Counted from the stretch's first letter, positions 1 through 9,852 are shown. The stretch: DNA of 64,000 nt from an uncultured cyanobacterium (GCA_963765575.1 CAVXWZ010000001.1:128001-192000), one strand, 5' to 3'. The notes: generated by a model not told the origin, from the letters alone. Program-made: numbers and translations.

Positions 1-1
1 A

Positions 2-139
2 ACCTGTGACCGGGTGCTCTGCCTCAACCGCAGCCTGCGCTGCCAGGGCAGCCCCGAGGTCGCCCTCAGCCCCGCCCAGCTCGAGCGCCTCTACGGCCGC
101 AGCTACGTGCCCTATCACCACCAGCACCACCAACCGTGA
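2..139 (+). CDS. znuC: 3' end of metal ABC transporter ATP-binding subunit (partial)
   Basis: Frame reads CDRVLCLNRSLRCQGSPE...YHHQHHQP*, typical ZnuC C-terminus; stop overlaps GTG of permease. Confidence 0.75.
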   Translation, partial: TCDRVLCLNRSLRCQGSPEVALSPAQLERLYGRSYVPYHHQHHQP

Positions 140-1014
140 GCCTTCCCGGCGCGGAGTGGCTGGAGCTGCTGCGCTTTCCATTCATGCAACGGGCCCTGCT
201 GGCCGGACTGCTCAGCGGCTCCCTCGGGGGTCTGCTGGGCAGTGTGGCGGTGCTGCGCCAGCTCTCCTTTTTCAGCGATGCCCTGGGCCACTCCGCCCTG
301 CTGGGCATCAGCCTGGGGCTGCTGCTGGGGGTCGAGCCCACCCTGGTGCTGATCCCCTTCGCGGTGTTCTTCGCCCTGGTGGTGTCCCAGCTGGTGGAGC
401 GCAGCCGGCTGCCCAGCGACGCCCTGCTCAACATCGTCTACTCGTCGTCGCTGGCGATCGCCGTGGTGGTGCTGCGGCTGCTGTCGGCGCGGGGCGGCAG
501 CCTCGAGCAGCTGCTGTTCGGCGACATCCTGGCCGTGTCCTGGGGGGATCTGGCCCGCCAGGGGCTGCTGCTGGCGGCGGTGGTGATCTATCTGCTGCTC
601 ACCCGCCGCGCCCAGATCCTGGTGAGCCTGGATCGGGGCCTGGCGGTGAGCCAGGGGGTGGCGGTGGACCAGCAGCGGCTGCTGTTTGTGGTTGTGCTGG
701 CGGTGGTGGTGGCCCTCTCGATCAAGGCGGTGGGGGTGCTGTTGATCAGCGCCTTTGTGGTGATCCCCGCCTGCTCCGCCCGTCTGCTCAGCACCAGCTT
801 CGCCGTCTATGGCCCGCTGGCCAGCGGCATCGGCGCCAGCTGCGGGGTGGGCGGCCTGCTGGTCTCCGGAGCCTTCAACCTGCCCTCCGGCCCCTGCGTG
901 GTGATCCTGCAGCTGGCCTGCTTCCTGCTCGCCCTGCTGGTGGTGAGTTCCAGGCGTCGCGGACTCAGGGCTGGGGGGGTGGCTCCAGCCAGCGCTCCGC
1001 CAGCGGCTGGCTGA
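136..1014 (+). CDS. znuB: Zn/Mn ABC transporter permease
   Basis: FMQRAL, DALGHSALLG, LLFGDILAV, VGVLLISAF motifs; multi-TM. Confidence 0.9.
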   Translation: MSLPGAEWLELLRFPFMQRALLAGLLSGSLGGLLGSVAVLRQLSFFSDALGHSALLGISLGLLLGVEPTLVLIPFAVFFALVVSQLVERSRLPSDALLNIVYSSSLAIAVVVLRLLSARGGSLEQLLFGDILAVSWGDLARQGLLLAAVVIYLLLTRRAQILVSLDRGLAVSQGVAVDQQRLLFVVVLAVVVALSIKAVGVLLISAFVVIPACSARLLSTSFAVYGPLASGIGASCGVGGLLVSGAFNLPSGPCVVILQLACFLLALLVVSSRRRGLRAGGVAPASAPPAAG

Positions 1015-1747
1015 GCCGCAGCCCGGCCTGATCCTGCAGCCATTGCAGCGTGGCGCGATCGCGCGGGCTGAGGCTGCGGACCGGCGCCGCCGTGGGCACA
1101 GCGGCCATGGCATCGGCGGGATCTTCGCTGTGGCCCCAGAGGCCGAAGGCATGGCCCAGTTCATGCAGGGCCGTGGCCTCTGTGGCCTGGGGGCGCTGCC
1201 CCGGACTGATGCTGACGCTCACCTGCGGCTCCAGCGCCAGCTCGCCAAGGCGCCGCACCAGCCGCAGCTGCAACTCGGCGCGCCCGTGGCTGGCCCGGCG
1301 CCCGCGCAGGGGCGGCCGCCGCCGCCACACCACCACCTGGGCCCGCTCGGGATCCTCCACCACGCTGAGCGGCAGCAGCTCCTGCCAGCTGGTCACGGCC
1401 GCCCGCACTGCCCTGTCCCAGGCCTGGTCCCAGCGGGCGGCGGGACCTTCCGTGGCTCCGGGTTCGATCCACAGGCACCAGTGGGCGCGGCGCGGCCAGC
1501 CGTAGGGGGTGGGCCGCAGGCGGTGCCGGTAGTCGGCGCCGGCGGGATCCGGGGCCGGTGCGGCGGTGGCTGCCGGCTGGCCGGACGAGCTGGCGGCTGA
1601 GCTGGCGGCTGGCGCCAGCACCTGCTGGGCTTCGGCCACCGGACAGGCCTCCTGAGCCCCATGGGCTGAAGGGGCGTGGAGCAGCGGTTGCAGGGCCAGC
1701 AGCGTTGTCACCGCCAGGCCCGGCAGCCTGCGGGTGGGCCCACCCAT
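965..1747 (-). CDS. secreted zinc metalloprotease (matrixin/metzincin-like)
   Basis: HELGHAFGLWGHS motif, Met-turn DAM, signal-like N-terminus; ATG overlaps upstream stop. Confidence 0.8.
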   Translation of the reverse strand: MGGPTRRLPGLAVTTLLALQPLLHAPSAHGAQEACPVAEAQQVLAPAASSAASSSGQPAATAAPAPDPAGADYRHRLRPTPYGWPRRAHWCLWIEPGATEGPAARWDQAWDRAVRAAVTSWQELLPLSVVEDPERAQVVVWRRRPPLRGRRASHGRAELQLRLVRRLGELALEPQVSVSISPGQRPQATEATALHELGHAFGLWGHSEDPADAMAAVPTAAPVRSLSPRDRATLQWLQDQAGLRLSQPLAERWLEPPPQP

Positions 1748-2259
1748 CAGCCCGCCAGGCCGCCCGGCAGCCCCACGCCCCGCGCCATCAGGGTGGCGAG
1801 CATGGGGATGAGGGCAAAGCCCACCAGTTCGATGTTGAGAATCCAGGCCAGGCGGCCAGCCAAGGCTTCGCTCACCTGGGGCAGCTCGCCCTTGCGCAGT
1901 GGGATCGCCCAGAGGATGTAGGTGATGGTGGGGTAAAGCGAGAGGCTGCCCACCGCCACATACACGCCCACCTTCCACCAGAACAGGGGGTTCTCGGTGT
2001 AGAAGGCGCTGCCCTGGCCGAAATAGAGCACGCGCAGAATGCCGCTCCCCAGCAGGGCCAGGGCCGCCAGGCCATACACCACATCAGTGATCACCATCAA
2101 GGTGGCGTCAGCCTTGCCGGGGTTGGGGCGGATCAGGCGTCGCTCCAGAACAAGGGCCCCGAAGCACACCATGAAGCTCAGGTAGTGCACATAGGCCACG
2201 CCGGCGCGGCTGAGTACGTCGGCCGGAATGGCGCCAAACCCTGTGGCGAACCCGATCAT
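1747..2259 (-). CDS. DUF2214 family membrane protein
   Basis: AYVHYLS, D-x-x-YG, FYTENPLFWWK, SLYPT motifs. Confidence 0.85.
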   Translation of the reverse strand: MIGFATGFGAIPADVLSRAGVAYVHYLSFMVCFGALVLERRLIRPNPGKADATLMVITDVVYGLAALALLGSGILRVLYFGQGSAFYTENPLFWWKVGVYVAVGSLSLYPTITYILWAIPLRKGELPQVSEALAGRLAWILNIELVGFALIPMLATLMARGVGLPGGLAG

Positions 2260-2504
2260 GCAGGAATCAGCAACATCCGCAACCGTAGCGAGAGCTGCGG
2301 CTGCCGCGGCGCCGCCGCTGGCCCAGTCCGGGCTGGGGGCGAGGGCCCGGCGATGCTGATGGGTAAATCAGCACAGTTGTTCGTTACACGCAGCCGCAAC
2401 CGGGTCAGCAGCGCTGGACGTGTTTCAGAAGTCGGAAGTTTTTCCAAGGGTTTCTCCGTCACAGCCAGGCGTCCTTAGGTTCAAGCCAGTGCAGGAAGCA
2501 ATCC

Positions 2505-3425
2505 ATGGCCAGCGCGTTGAGCAGCTACCTGGGTGAGATCGGTCGCCATCAGTTGCTCACCCCCGAGCAGGAGCTCACCCTCGGCCGCAAGGTGCAGGCC
2601 ATGGCCGGCCTCCAGGAACGCTGTCGGGCCGCCGGTGGTGAGGGCGCGGCCTGCGAGTACAGCGATGTGGAGCGCCGCACCCTGCGGCTGGGGGAGCGGG
2701 CCAAGAACCAGATGATCACCGCCAACCTGCGCCTGGTGGTGAACCTGGCCAAGCGCTACCAGAACAAGGGCCTCGATCTGCTCGATCTGATCCAGGAGGG
2801 CACGCTCGGGCTCACCCGGGCGGTGGAGAAATACGACCCCACCCGCGGGCACCGCTTCAGCACCTACGCCTACTGGTGGATCCGTCAGGGCCTCAACCGG
2901 GCCCTCTCCACCCAGAGCCGCACGATCCGCATCCCGGTGAATGTGAACGAGAAGCTCACCCGGCTGCGGGCCGCCAAGGCGCGCCACCTGCAGGCCCACG
3001 GGGTGTCGGCTTCGCCGGTGCAGCTGGCCCAGGCTCTCAACCTGCCCGTGGCCGATGTGGAGGATCTGCTGGCCTGCGAGCTGCGCAGCATCACCGTGAG
3101 CCTGCAGGGGGTGGTGAAGTCGAAGTCCGACCCCTCCGAACTGGTGGATGTGCTGCCCAGCCCCGATCCGGCGCCGATGGAGCGCGCCGAACTGGCCGAA
3201 CGCAGTGCCACGGTGTGGAAGCTGCTGGATCGTTCCAACCTCACCCCGAAGGAGCGCACGGTGGTGATGCTGCGCTTCGGGCTCGATGGCAGCCACGAGT
3301 GGCGCACCCTGGCGGAGGTGGCTCGCCAGCTGGGTTGCAGCCGCGAATACTGCCGTCAGGTGGTGCAGCGGGCGCTGCGCAAGCTGCGGAAAACCGGAAT
3401 CGACAGCGGCCTCGTGGACGTCTGA
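2505..3425 (+). CDS. RpoD-family (group 2-like) sigma-70 factor
   Basis: YLGEIG, ANLRLVV, DLIQEG, RFSTYAYWWIRQ, region 4 HTH. Confidence 0.95.
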   Translation: MASALSSYLGEIGRHQLLTPEQELTLGRKVQAMAGLQERCRAAGGEGAACEYSDVERRTLRLGERAKNQMITANLRLVVNLAKRYQNKGLDLLDLIQEGTLGLTRAVEKYDPTRGHRFSTYAYWWIRQGLNRALSTQSRTIRIPVNVNEKLTRLRAAKARHLQAHGVSASPVQLAQALNLPVADVEDLLACELRSITVSLQGVVKSKSDPSELVDVLPSPDPAPMERAELAERSATVWKLLDRSNLTPKERTVVMLRFGLDGSHEWRTLAEVARQLGCSREYCRQVVQRALRKLRKTGIDSGLVDV

Positions 3426-3456
3426 ACAGTCAACAATGATTGGGTTGACCGCCTGA

Positions 3457-3903
3457 TTGGTCGTGACCCAAGCCGTACAAACCCAGCCCGTAACCGCTGA
3501 TCCCGTAACCGCAGATCCCGTGAACACCGATTCAGTGAACGCCGATTCCGTGAACACCGATTCAGTGGATGCTGAGGTGCTGGAGAGCAGCGTCGTCGAC
3601 GAGGCGCTGCTGCTGCGGCTCCTGCGCCGCGCCGGGCGCCTGGTCGCCCGTCCCGCCATCGAGTGTCTCGAGATGCTGCTGGACGCCGACACCCCCTCGT
3701 CGGCGAAGGTGACGGTGTTGGCGGCCCTCACCTACCTGCTGCTGCCCCTCGATCTGATCCCCGACTTCATTCCCGCCGTGGGCTTCAGTGACGATCTGGT
3801 GGCGCTGACCGCCTTGCTGGGCATCTGCGGCAGCCATCGCACCGAGGCGATCCGCACCCGGGCCCAGCGCCGGCTCGATCGCTGGTTCCCCAGCGGTCGC
3901 TGA
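3457..3903 (+). CDS. YkvA/DUF1232 family protein with repeat-expanded N-terminus
   Basis: LTYLLLPLDLIPDFIPAVGFSDD motif. Confidence 0.85.
   Translation: MVVTQAVQTQPVTADPVTADPVNTDSVNADSVNTDSVDAEVLESSVVDEALLLRLLRRAGRLVARPAIECLEMLLDADTPSSAKVTVLAALTYLLLPLDLIPDFIPAVGFSDDLVALTALLGICGSHRTEAIRTRAQRRLDRWFPSGR
3487..3576 (+). repeat. six imperfect tandem 15-bp repeats encoding (P/S)V(T/N/D)(A/T)(D/E)
   Basis: cccgtaaccgctgat, cccgtaaccgcagat, cccgtgaacaccgat, tcagtgaacgccgat, tccgtgaacaccgat, tcagtggatgctgag. Confidence 0.85.
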
Positions 3904-3908
3904 CGGCA

Positions 3909-4298
3909 ATGGCGAGCCTCAGCACCGAGCAACTCGAGGATCTGCAGGTCTTCCTGAAGGACTGGCTGCGCCATGCCGGCCGCACCCAGTCCGATCTGCG
4001 CCGGGCCCTCAAGGCCGGATCGATCCGCATGCCGGTGCTGCTCGATGCGCTGCAGGCCACCTTCGGCCAGCGGGGCCTGGCCGGGCTGGCCGCCCAGCTG
4101 TGCGAGATCGAGGCGCGCTGGGACCAGGAGGGGACCCGGGGGCCAGGGGATCGCCCCGGCCGGGGGGCGGCGCTCACGGATTCGCCTGGCCGGCTGGATT
4201 CGCCTGGCCCGCCAGATGCCTCGGCTGAGACCGATGCGCTCGGCCAGCTCGATCTGCTGCTCCAGGAGATCCGGGGCGATGTCGGCTCGCCCGATTAG
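3909..4298 (+). CDS. hypothetical protein
   Basis: Operonic spacing after ykvA, GC3-biased codons, C-terminal QLDLLLQEI. Confidence 0.7.
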   Translation: MASLSTEQLEDLQVFLKDWLRHAGRTQSDLRRALKAGSIRMPVLLDALQATFGQRGLAGLAAQLCEIEARWDQEGTRGPGDRPGRGAALTDSPGRLDSPGPPDASAETDALGQLDLLLQEIRGDVGSPD

Positions 4299-4336
4299 CC
4301 CATCAGCCCTGATTCCACCCACCCGCGCAGATCGCA

Positions 4337-5320
4337 GTGCAGGTGCCGGATCGGCCCGGTTTGACGTCGGCGTGGCTGGGTAGGCTCCAGCCCATGCTGA
4401 CCCTGCTCACCCGCAAGAAGCGCTTCGGGGACCCATGGGTCGGCCAGCCGCTGCTGAACCGCCGCTTCGGCCTGCACCGCCGGCGCATGCGCCTGGCCGA
4501 TGGCTTCTGCCGCTGGCGCCGCTGGCTGATCCGGCCCAGCGGTGCTGGTCTGCCGGCGGGTGCCCTCGACACCCTGGCCCGCGAGGGCTGTCTGCAGATC
4601 CCCGACTTTCTTCCCCAGGCCTGCTTCGAGGCCCTGCAACGGGAGGCGGAGCAGGCCGTGGCCCGCGCTGCCGAGGCCCGGCCGATCGGCCGCAACAAGC
4701 GGCTCGGCTACCAGAGCAAGCGGCCGTTCGCCGGTGGTTTCGATCGCTTCGACGGCGGCACCCTCAACCGCTTCCTGCGCATCGATCCAGGCTCGATGCC
4801 GGCGGCGGAGCGCTTCAGCCGGGATCCCCGGCTCACGGCCTGCGCGCGCACGCTCATCGGCCTGCCCACCGATCCCAGCCATCTGGAGATCTACCTCACC
4901 GTGCACGGCGCGGAGTCGCGCACACCGGATCTGCAGAAGGTGCTGCACCGCGACACCTTCTTCCGCGCTCTGAAGTTCTGGTATTTCCTGCGACCCGTCG
5001 GCCCCGAGGACGGCCCCTTCGTCTACGTGCCTGGCAGCCACAGGCTTGATCGCCCCCGCTTGCAGTGGGAGCAGGCCATGGCCAACGAGGCGATCGCCAC
5101 CAGGGCCATGCCCAACCTCGGCGGCTCCTTCCGCATCCGCGAGTCGGACCTCCCCAGCCTGGGCCTGCCCGCCCCCGTGACCTTCGCCTGCCCTGCCAAC
5201 ACCCTGGTGCTGGCGGATGTGCTGGGTTTCCATCGCCGCGGCGACGCCCCCGCCGGGCGCCAGCGTCTGGGGCTCTATGGCTGGCTGCGGCCCTATCCCT
5301 TTCTGCCCCTCCCCTGGTGA
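4337..5320 (+). CDS. phytanoyl-CoA dioxygenase family (Fe/2OG) protein
   Basis: LHRDTF, DGPFVYVPGSH, GFHRRG motifs; start uncertain (4337 or 4394). Confidence 0.85.
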   Translation: MQVPDRPGLTSAWLGRLQPMLTLLTRKKRFGDPWVGQPLLNRRFGLHRRRMRLADGFCRWRRWLIRPSGAGLPAGALDTLAREGCLQIPDFLPQACFEALQREAEQAVARAAEARPIGRNKRLGYQSKRPFAGGFDRFDGGTLNRFLRIDPGSMPAAERFSRDPRLTACARTLIGLPTDPSHLEIYLTVHGAESRTPDLQKVLHRDTFFRALKFWYFLRPVGPEDGPFVYVPGSHRLDRPRLQWEQAMANEAIATRAMPNLGGSFRIRESDLPSLGLPAPVTFACPANTLVLADVLGFHRRGDAPAGRQRLGLYGWLRPYPFLPLPW

Positions 5321-5383
5321 ACGCCCTGCCGCGGCGCCGGCATCGCCAGGCAGAGTGGGGGTAACCGTCACCGGGTGAGTGTC

Positions 5384-5668
5384 ATGTCCCATCGAGGCCC
5401 ATCGCGCTCGAGCCTTCCCTGTCCCACCGCCGCAGCCCTGCTGCCGCTGCTCACGGGGCTGGCCCTGGCCCTGACGACGGCGGCGCCGGCCCTGGCCCAG
5501 CGCCAGACCTTCATGCGCGGCCCCGGCAGCGCGGTGGGTCCCGACACCCAGGTGGTGCCCACCAACTGCGTCACCGCCCCGGACGGCACCATCACCTGCG
5601 ACACCGAGCTGGTCAATCCGCCTGGCCGTACGCCCGCCCGTCCCAGTCTTGAACTGTTCGAGAACTGA
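5384..5668 (+). CDS. small secreted hypothetical protein
   Basis: Signal peptide ending ALA; Cys pair NCVTAPDGTITCD. Confidence 0.7.
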   Translation: MSHRGPSRSSLPCPTAAALLPLLTGLALALTTAAPALAQRQTFMRGPGSAVGPDTQVVPTNCVTAPDGTITCDTELVNPPGRTPARPSLELFEN

Positions 5669-5682
5669 GCCCGGCTGACCTG

Positions 5683-6180
5683 ATGCCCTTTCAGCGGTTG
5701 CGGCGTCTGTTCGATGACGCCAATTACCTCCATTGGATCGATCGCACCGAGCAGCAGCTCGCCAAGCTGCTTGGCGTGCTGCTCGTGGTGGTCATGGTTG
5801 CCGCCACCCTGCAGCTGGTGGTCGAGGTGGTCCTGGCCCTGATGGTGCCGGGTACCCCCTGGCTGGGCGACAAGCTCAACAAGGTGCTCGGCGATCTGCT
5901 CAATCTGTTGATCGCCCTTGAGGTGCTGCAGAACATCACCTCCTACCTGCGCCGCCATGTGGTGCAGATCGAGTTGGTGCTGCTCACGGCCATGACCGCC
6001 GTGGCCCGTAAGGTGATCGTGCTGCCGCCGGGAGCTGAGGGCAAGCCCCAGCTCCTGGGTGGCCTTGGCGTGGCGGTGCTGGCCCTGGCCGGCGCGTTCT
6101 GGCTGGTGCGGTCGCTCACCCTGCGCAAGTCTCCCGCCAGAACAGGGCCAGCCATACGGATCCGGGCTCCCCGTCGGTAG
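5683..6180 (+). CDS. phosphate-starvation-inducible PsiE family membrane protein
   Basis: LIALEVLQNITSYL, TAVARKVIV motifs. Confidence 0.85.
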   Translation: MPFQRLRRLFDDANYLHWIDRTEQQLAKLLGVLLVVVMVAATLQLVVEVVLALMVPGTPWLGDKLNKVLGDLLNLLIALEVLQNITSYLRRHVVQIELVLLTAMTAVARKVIVLPPGAEGKPQLLGGLGVAVLALAGAFWLVRSLTLRKSPARTGPAIRIRAPRR

Positions 6181-6658
6181 CTTCAACCCGGTGGCGCCGG
6201 TGGGCCGGGATCAGCAGGGTGTCGCCGCGGCACAGCTCCCGATCCTCCCAGGTTTCCCCAGGTGCGGCTCCGGCGAGGCGCAAGCGGGCCGTGCCCTGCA
6301 ACAGGGTGATCCACTCATGGTCGCTCTGGTCGTACCAGAAGTCGGGCGGACTGCTGGCCCGGCAGGAGTGGATGCGCTCCAGCCGCCAGCTCTCTCCACG
6401 GGCCAGCACGCTGCTCAGCTCCTGGCCGGCCGGCGGGCAGGGTCCGGCCAGCAGGTTGTCCGCCGCGCCGGAAGCCGCCGCCTCCCCCCAGCGCCGGCCG
6501 ATCTCGAAGCCATGGCAGCGGGCCAGGGCCACCACCTCGTGGTGGTGGCTGCACTGGCGCAGGGCTTCGCGCAGCAGCGGGTCGGCCTCGCTGAGGGCCA
6601 CGAAAGCCTGGAGCTGGCGCACTTTCTCAAGGAACTGCTGCAGCTGCGCTTCAGCCAT
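6116..6658 (-). CDS. Nif11-like domain fused to cupin domain
   Basis: MAEAQLQQFLEKV...EVVALARCHGFEI plus SPPDFWYDQSDHEW and IPAHRRHRV. Confidence 0.8.
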   Translation of the reverse strand: MAEAQLQQFLEKVRQLQAFVALSEADPLLREALRQCSHHHEVVALARCHGFEIGRRWGEAAASGAADNLLAGPCPPAGQELSSVLARGESWRLERIHSCRASSPPDFWYDQSDHEWITLLQGTARLRLAGAAPGETWEDRELCRGDTLLIPAHRRHRVEATDGEPGSVWLALFWRETCAG

Positions 6659-7214
6659 CGCTCCCGCCTGGGTGGGGGGGAACAAGCTCTCTGACCATGC
6701 GCCAGCGCTGGAATCGGGCCCCGGCGAACAGGACGGTTTCCTCGGCCTCCACCTGCCAGCCGTGGCGCACCAGCAGGGGCCGCGAGAGCTGGCTGGCCTC
6801 GGTGCGCAGCCGCTGCCGACCTGCGCCGCGGGCATGGTCCTCCAGGGCTCGCAGGATGGCGCTTGCCCGGCCCTGCCTGCAGGCACGGCCGCGGCAGTAG
6901 AGCAGGGCCAGCCGATCCCCGGGGTGCAGCACCCCGAAGGCTTCGATGCTGGTCGCTGTCTCGCTCAGCCCGCTGCCGGCGGCGGCCAGGGGGGCTGTGC
7001 TGGCTAGCCCGAAGCCCTCCCGCAGGGGCTGGCGCAGGGCCCCGGAGCGGGCGGGGTGGTGGGCCCAGGCATCGATCTGCCCGGTGCTGTAGCGGCCGCT
7101 TGTCTGGCTCAGCACCGCATCGCGATACACATCCACCAGCGCGTCGTGGTCGTCGATCTCCAGCTCACGCAAGGCAGCTCCAGGCCAGCGGCCAGCGGGC
7201 ACGTGTTCGACCAC
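6651..7214 (-). CDS. GNAT family acetyltransferase
   Basis: YSTGQIDAWA, RQGRASAIL, LRTEASQLSRPL motifs. Confidence 0.85.
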   Translation of the reverse strand: MVEHVPAGRWPGAALRELEIDDHDALVDVYRDAVLSQTSGRYSTGQIDAWAHHPARSGALRQPLREGFGLASTAPLAAAGSGLSETATSIEAFGVLHPGDRLALLYCRGRACRQGRASAILRALEDHARGAGRQRLRTEASQLSRPLLVRHGWQVEAEETVLFAGARFQRWRMVRELVPPHPGGSDG

Positions 7215-7243
7215 GGCCAGATCGGCATGCGAGACACTCCATC

Positions 7244-7672
7244 ATGATCGCGGCCCGGCGCCACACTGACCCCACCCGCCGCGCCCGGACCTTGATCTCG
7301 CCGTCATCCCGCCCGATCACTGGGGCGCCGCTGCCGAAGAGGGCGCCGCTGCTGGGACTGGTGCTGCTGCTGGTGGTCCTGCTGGGCCTGCCCACCTCGG
7401 TGCGGGCCGATCCCGGCAAGGGAGAACAACTGTTCGAGGCCCACTGCGCCGCCTGTCACCTCCAGGGGGGCAACATCATCCGCCGCCGCAAGACCCTCAA
7501 GCTCGCGGCCCTGGAGCGGGAGGGTCATGCCTCCCAGGCGGCGATCGCCGCCATCGCCGCCGCCGGCGTGGGCCAGATGTCCGGGTATGGCGAGGTGCTG
7601 GGGGACGACGGCGCCGAGGCCGTGGCCGCCTGGGTGTGGCAACAGGCCCAGGCGGGCTGGCCGCGGGCCTGA
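7244..7672 (+). CDS. petJ: cytochrome c6-like protein
   Basis: Signal peptide, CAACH heme motif, GGNII, axial Met GQMSGY; start uncertain. Confidence 0.85.
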   Translation: MIAARRHTDPTRRARTLISPSSRPITGAPLPKRAPLLGLVLLLVVLLGLPTSVRADPGKGEQLFEAHCAACHLQGGNIIRRRKTLKLAALEREGHASQAAIAAIAAAGVGQMSGYGEVLGDDGAEAVAAWVWQQAQAGWPRA

Positions 7673-7676
7673 GTGC

Positions 7677-7946
7677 TCAGAACGCCTGGATCCAGGGATA
7701 CACCTGCAGGGCGGTCCAGATGCCGTGCCGCCAGTAGGGATCGGCGTGCAGCACCTCCTCCACCTGCTGCAGGCTTTCGGCCTCGTAGATGCCGAACACG
7801 TGGGTGCTGCCCTCGGTGGGGCCGAGGGTGATCAGCAGGCCGGACTCCTTCTGGCGTTGCAGCCCGGCCAGATGCTCCTGCCGGTAGGGGGCGCGCTTCT
7901 CCACGGCGTTGTCGCAATAGGTGCCCCAGAGCACAAATCGGGCCAT
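7677..7946 (-). CDS. YciI family protein
   Basis: RAPYRQEHL, LGPT, ADPYW motifs. Confidence 0.9.
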   Translation of the reverse strand: MARFVLWGTYCDNAVEKRAPYRQEHLAGLQRQKESGLLITLGPTEGSTHVFGIYEAESLQQVEEVLHADPYWRHGIWTALQVYPWIQAF

Positions 7947-7980
7947 CGGCGGCTGCAGCGGCTTTGGCCGACGCTACGCG

Positions 7981-8765
7981 TCAGCTGCTGGGCGCGGGGG
8001 CGCGGCACGGCTGGTGCACGACCCGTTGCGGGAAGGGAATCTCAATCCCCTGGCTGGCGAAGGCCGCCCAGATCGACCGGCCCACCGCGTCACGCACGCT
8101 GAGGTTGCGCATCGGGTTGTCGATCCAGTAGCGCAGGCTGTAGTTGATCGCCGACTCTCCGTAGTCCACCAGGAAGGCCCGTGGCGGTGGATCGCGCAGC
8201 ACCCCTGCAATCCCCACGGCGGCCCCCTCCAGCAGCCCGATCACCAGCTCGGCGTTGTCGCGGTCGCGCCAGAGCACCGTGGCCCGCAGGCCGAGGCTGC
8301 GCACCTCACAGGGATCGCCATCCATCATCAACACCTCTCCGGGGCGCACCGATCCCTCGAACAGCAGCCCCAGCCCCACCGCCGTGTAGCGGAAGATCAG
8401 CGCCATCGCCCGCCGGCGGTCCCGATCCCACCACCACCAGAAGGCCAGCAGCAGGGCCATGAACAACTGGCCAACGCTGAGGTCAGTGCCGAACAGGCTC
8501 AGCGGCAACAGGGCCAGGTCGCGCACGTTCTGAATTTGATCCAGCAGCGCCACCCCAGCCGATCACCAGCGCCAGCAGAAAGACGCTGAAGCCGTGGGGA
8601 ACGTTCACCAGCCTCAAGATCAGCACCCCCAGCAGCGCCAGGCCGAGGGCGACCGGTCGCCTTGCCCGCGAGCAGGGGCAGACCCACCACCAGGATCTGC
8701 AGCCATACGGCCGGCCGCTCGAAGTAGCCCGCCGAGGTGGTGATCTCCTGGATCAGGGGGTTCAT
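7981..8765 (-). pseudogene. decayed mechanosensitive channel (MscS family)
   Basis: Fragments GLLFEGSVRPGEVL, LGLRAT, DYGESAINYSL, GIEIPFPQR in different frames with internal deletions. Confidence 0.75.
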
Positions 8766-9852
8766 GGTCTGCCGTCTCCCGCCCCTGCGTTCTGTTCGTC
8801 GAGGAGGTTCTGGGCCCCAGTGCGGGCATCCAGGGTATGGAAGGGCACATCATTGAGGATCCGGCGCATCTGCGACAGCCGTGCGCCCTTGATCTCACGC
8901 ACCCCTTCGTCGACCACGGTCCGGCCCGCCTGCTGGCGGGTGGCTTCCAGGGTGCGCAGGGTGGTGGAGCTCTCCACAGGCACCGGCAGTAGGCGATTCA
9001 CCGGCAGGTTGCCGGTGGTCTGCAGGGTCAGGCGGCGCTGCACGATCGGCGTGATGGAGAACTGGGCCCAGCGCTCCGCCGTGAGCCGCTGGCGGGCGCT
9101 GGAGTCGAGGCCGAAGGCCCACACCCGCAGTTTGTTGATCGGTGTGGCCGGCCCCTGGGGCCCCCCGGGCAGGCCGGCAACGCCGAGATCCGCCCCGAGG
9201 CTGGGCCGCAGGCGGGTGAGATCGCCCCATCGGCAGCAAACCCGCCCAGCAGCCAGGCCAGATCCCCGGGGGCCAGGCTGAGGCCTACCGGAACCCCCGC
9301 GGCGCTGGCCTCCAGCAGGCTCTGCAGCGTCGCTGGGCTGGCGGGCAAAAGTTTGCGGTGAAGCAGGCCTGTTCGGTCTGGAGCAGCAGGGACAGCCCGG
9401 CCAGCTGGCCGTCGGCCTGACGCGGCCGCTGAACGGCCACCGGATCCAGCTGGCCCATCAGCTCAGCCGGGGCCGGCACCGGCCGGGTCAGGCCCTGGCG
9501 CCGTAATTCCAGCGCCATGCGGTCCGTCACCAGCAGCAGATCGGGCCCGAGCCCGTCCCAGTTCCGGCGACGCACCTGGGCGATCAAGTGTTCCTCCGCA
9601 AAGGGCACAAACTGGATCCGTACCGATGGGTGCAATTCACGCAACGGCTGGCGCAGCAGCTCCAGACGTTCGATCACCGCATCGATGGCCACCGGCTGTT
9701 TGCCCTGGGACGCGGGCAGTGCCACATAGACGAACAGCACTCCACCCGGCTGCTGCTGGCGGTCGCTGTCTGCGGCCGCGCCTGCTGAGGCAACCACTGA
9801 GCAGCACCGCCGACAGCGTGGCGAGAGCCTTGAGGACTGTCGGAGCGTTCAA
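8762..9852 (-). pseudogene. decayed extracellular solute-binding lipoprotein
   Basis: Lipobox LLSGC (ORF 9637-9852), then GLGPDLLL (9285-9797), PATLQSLL (9028-9348) and GNLPVN (8762-9124) in successive frames. Confidence 0.7.

Noticed and set aside
6116..6658. RiPP/lanthipeptide gene cluster
   Set aside because: No double-glycine core peptide, LanM or peptidase-containing transporter nearby.
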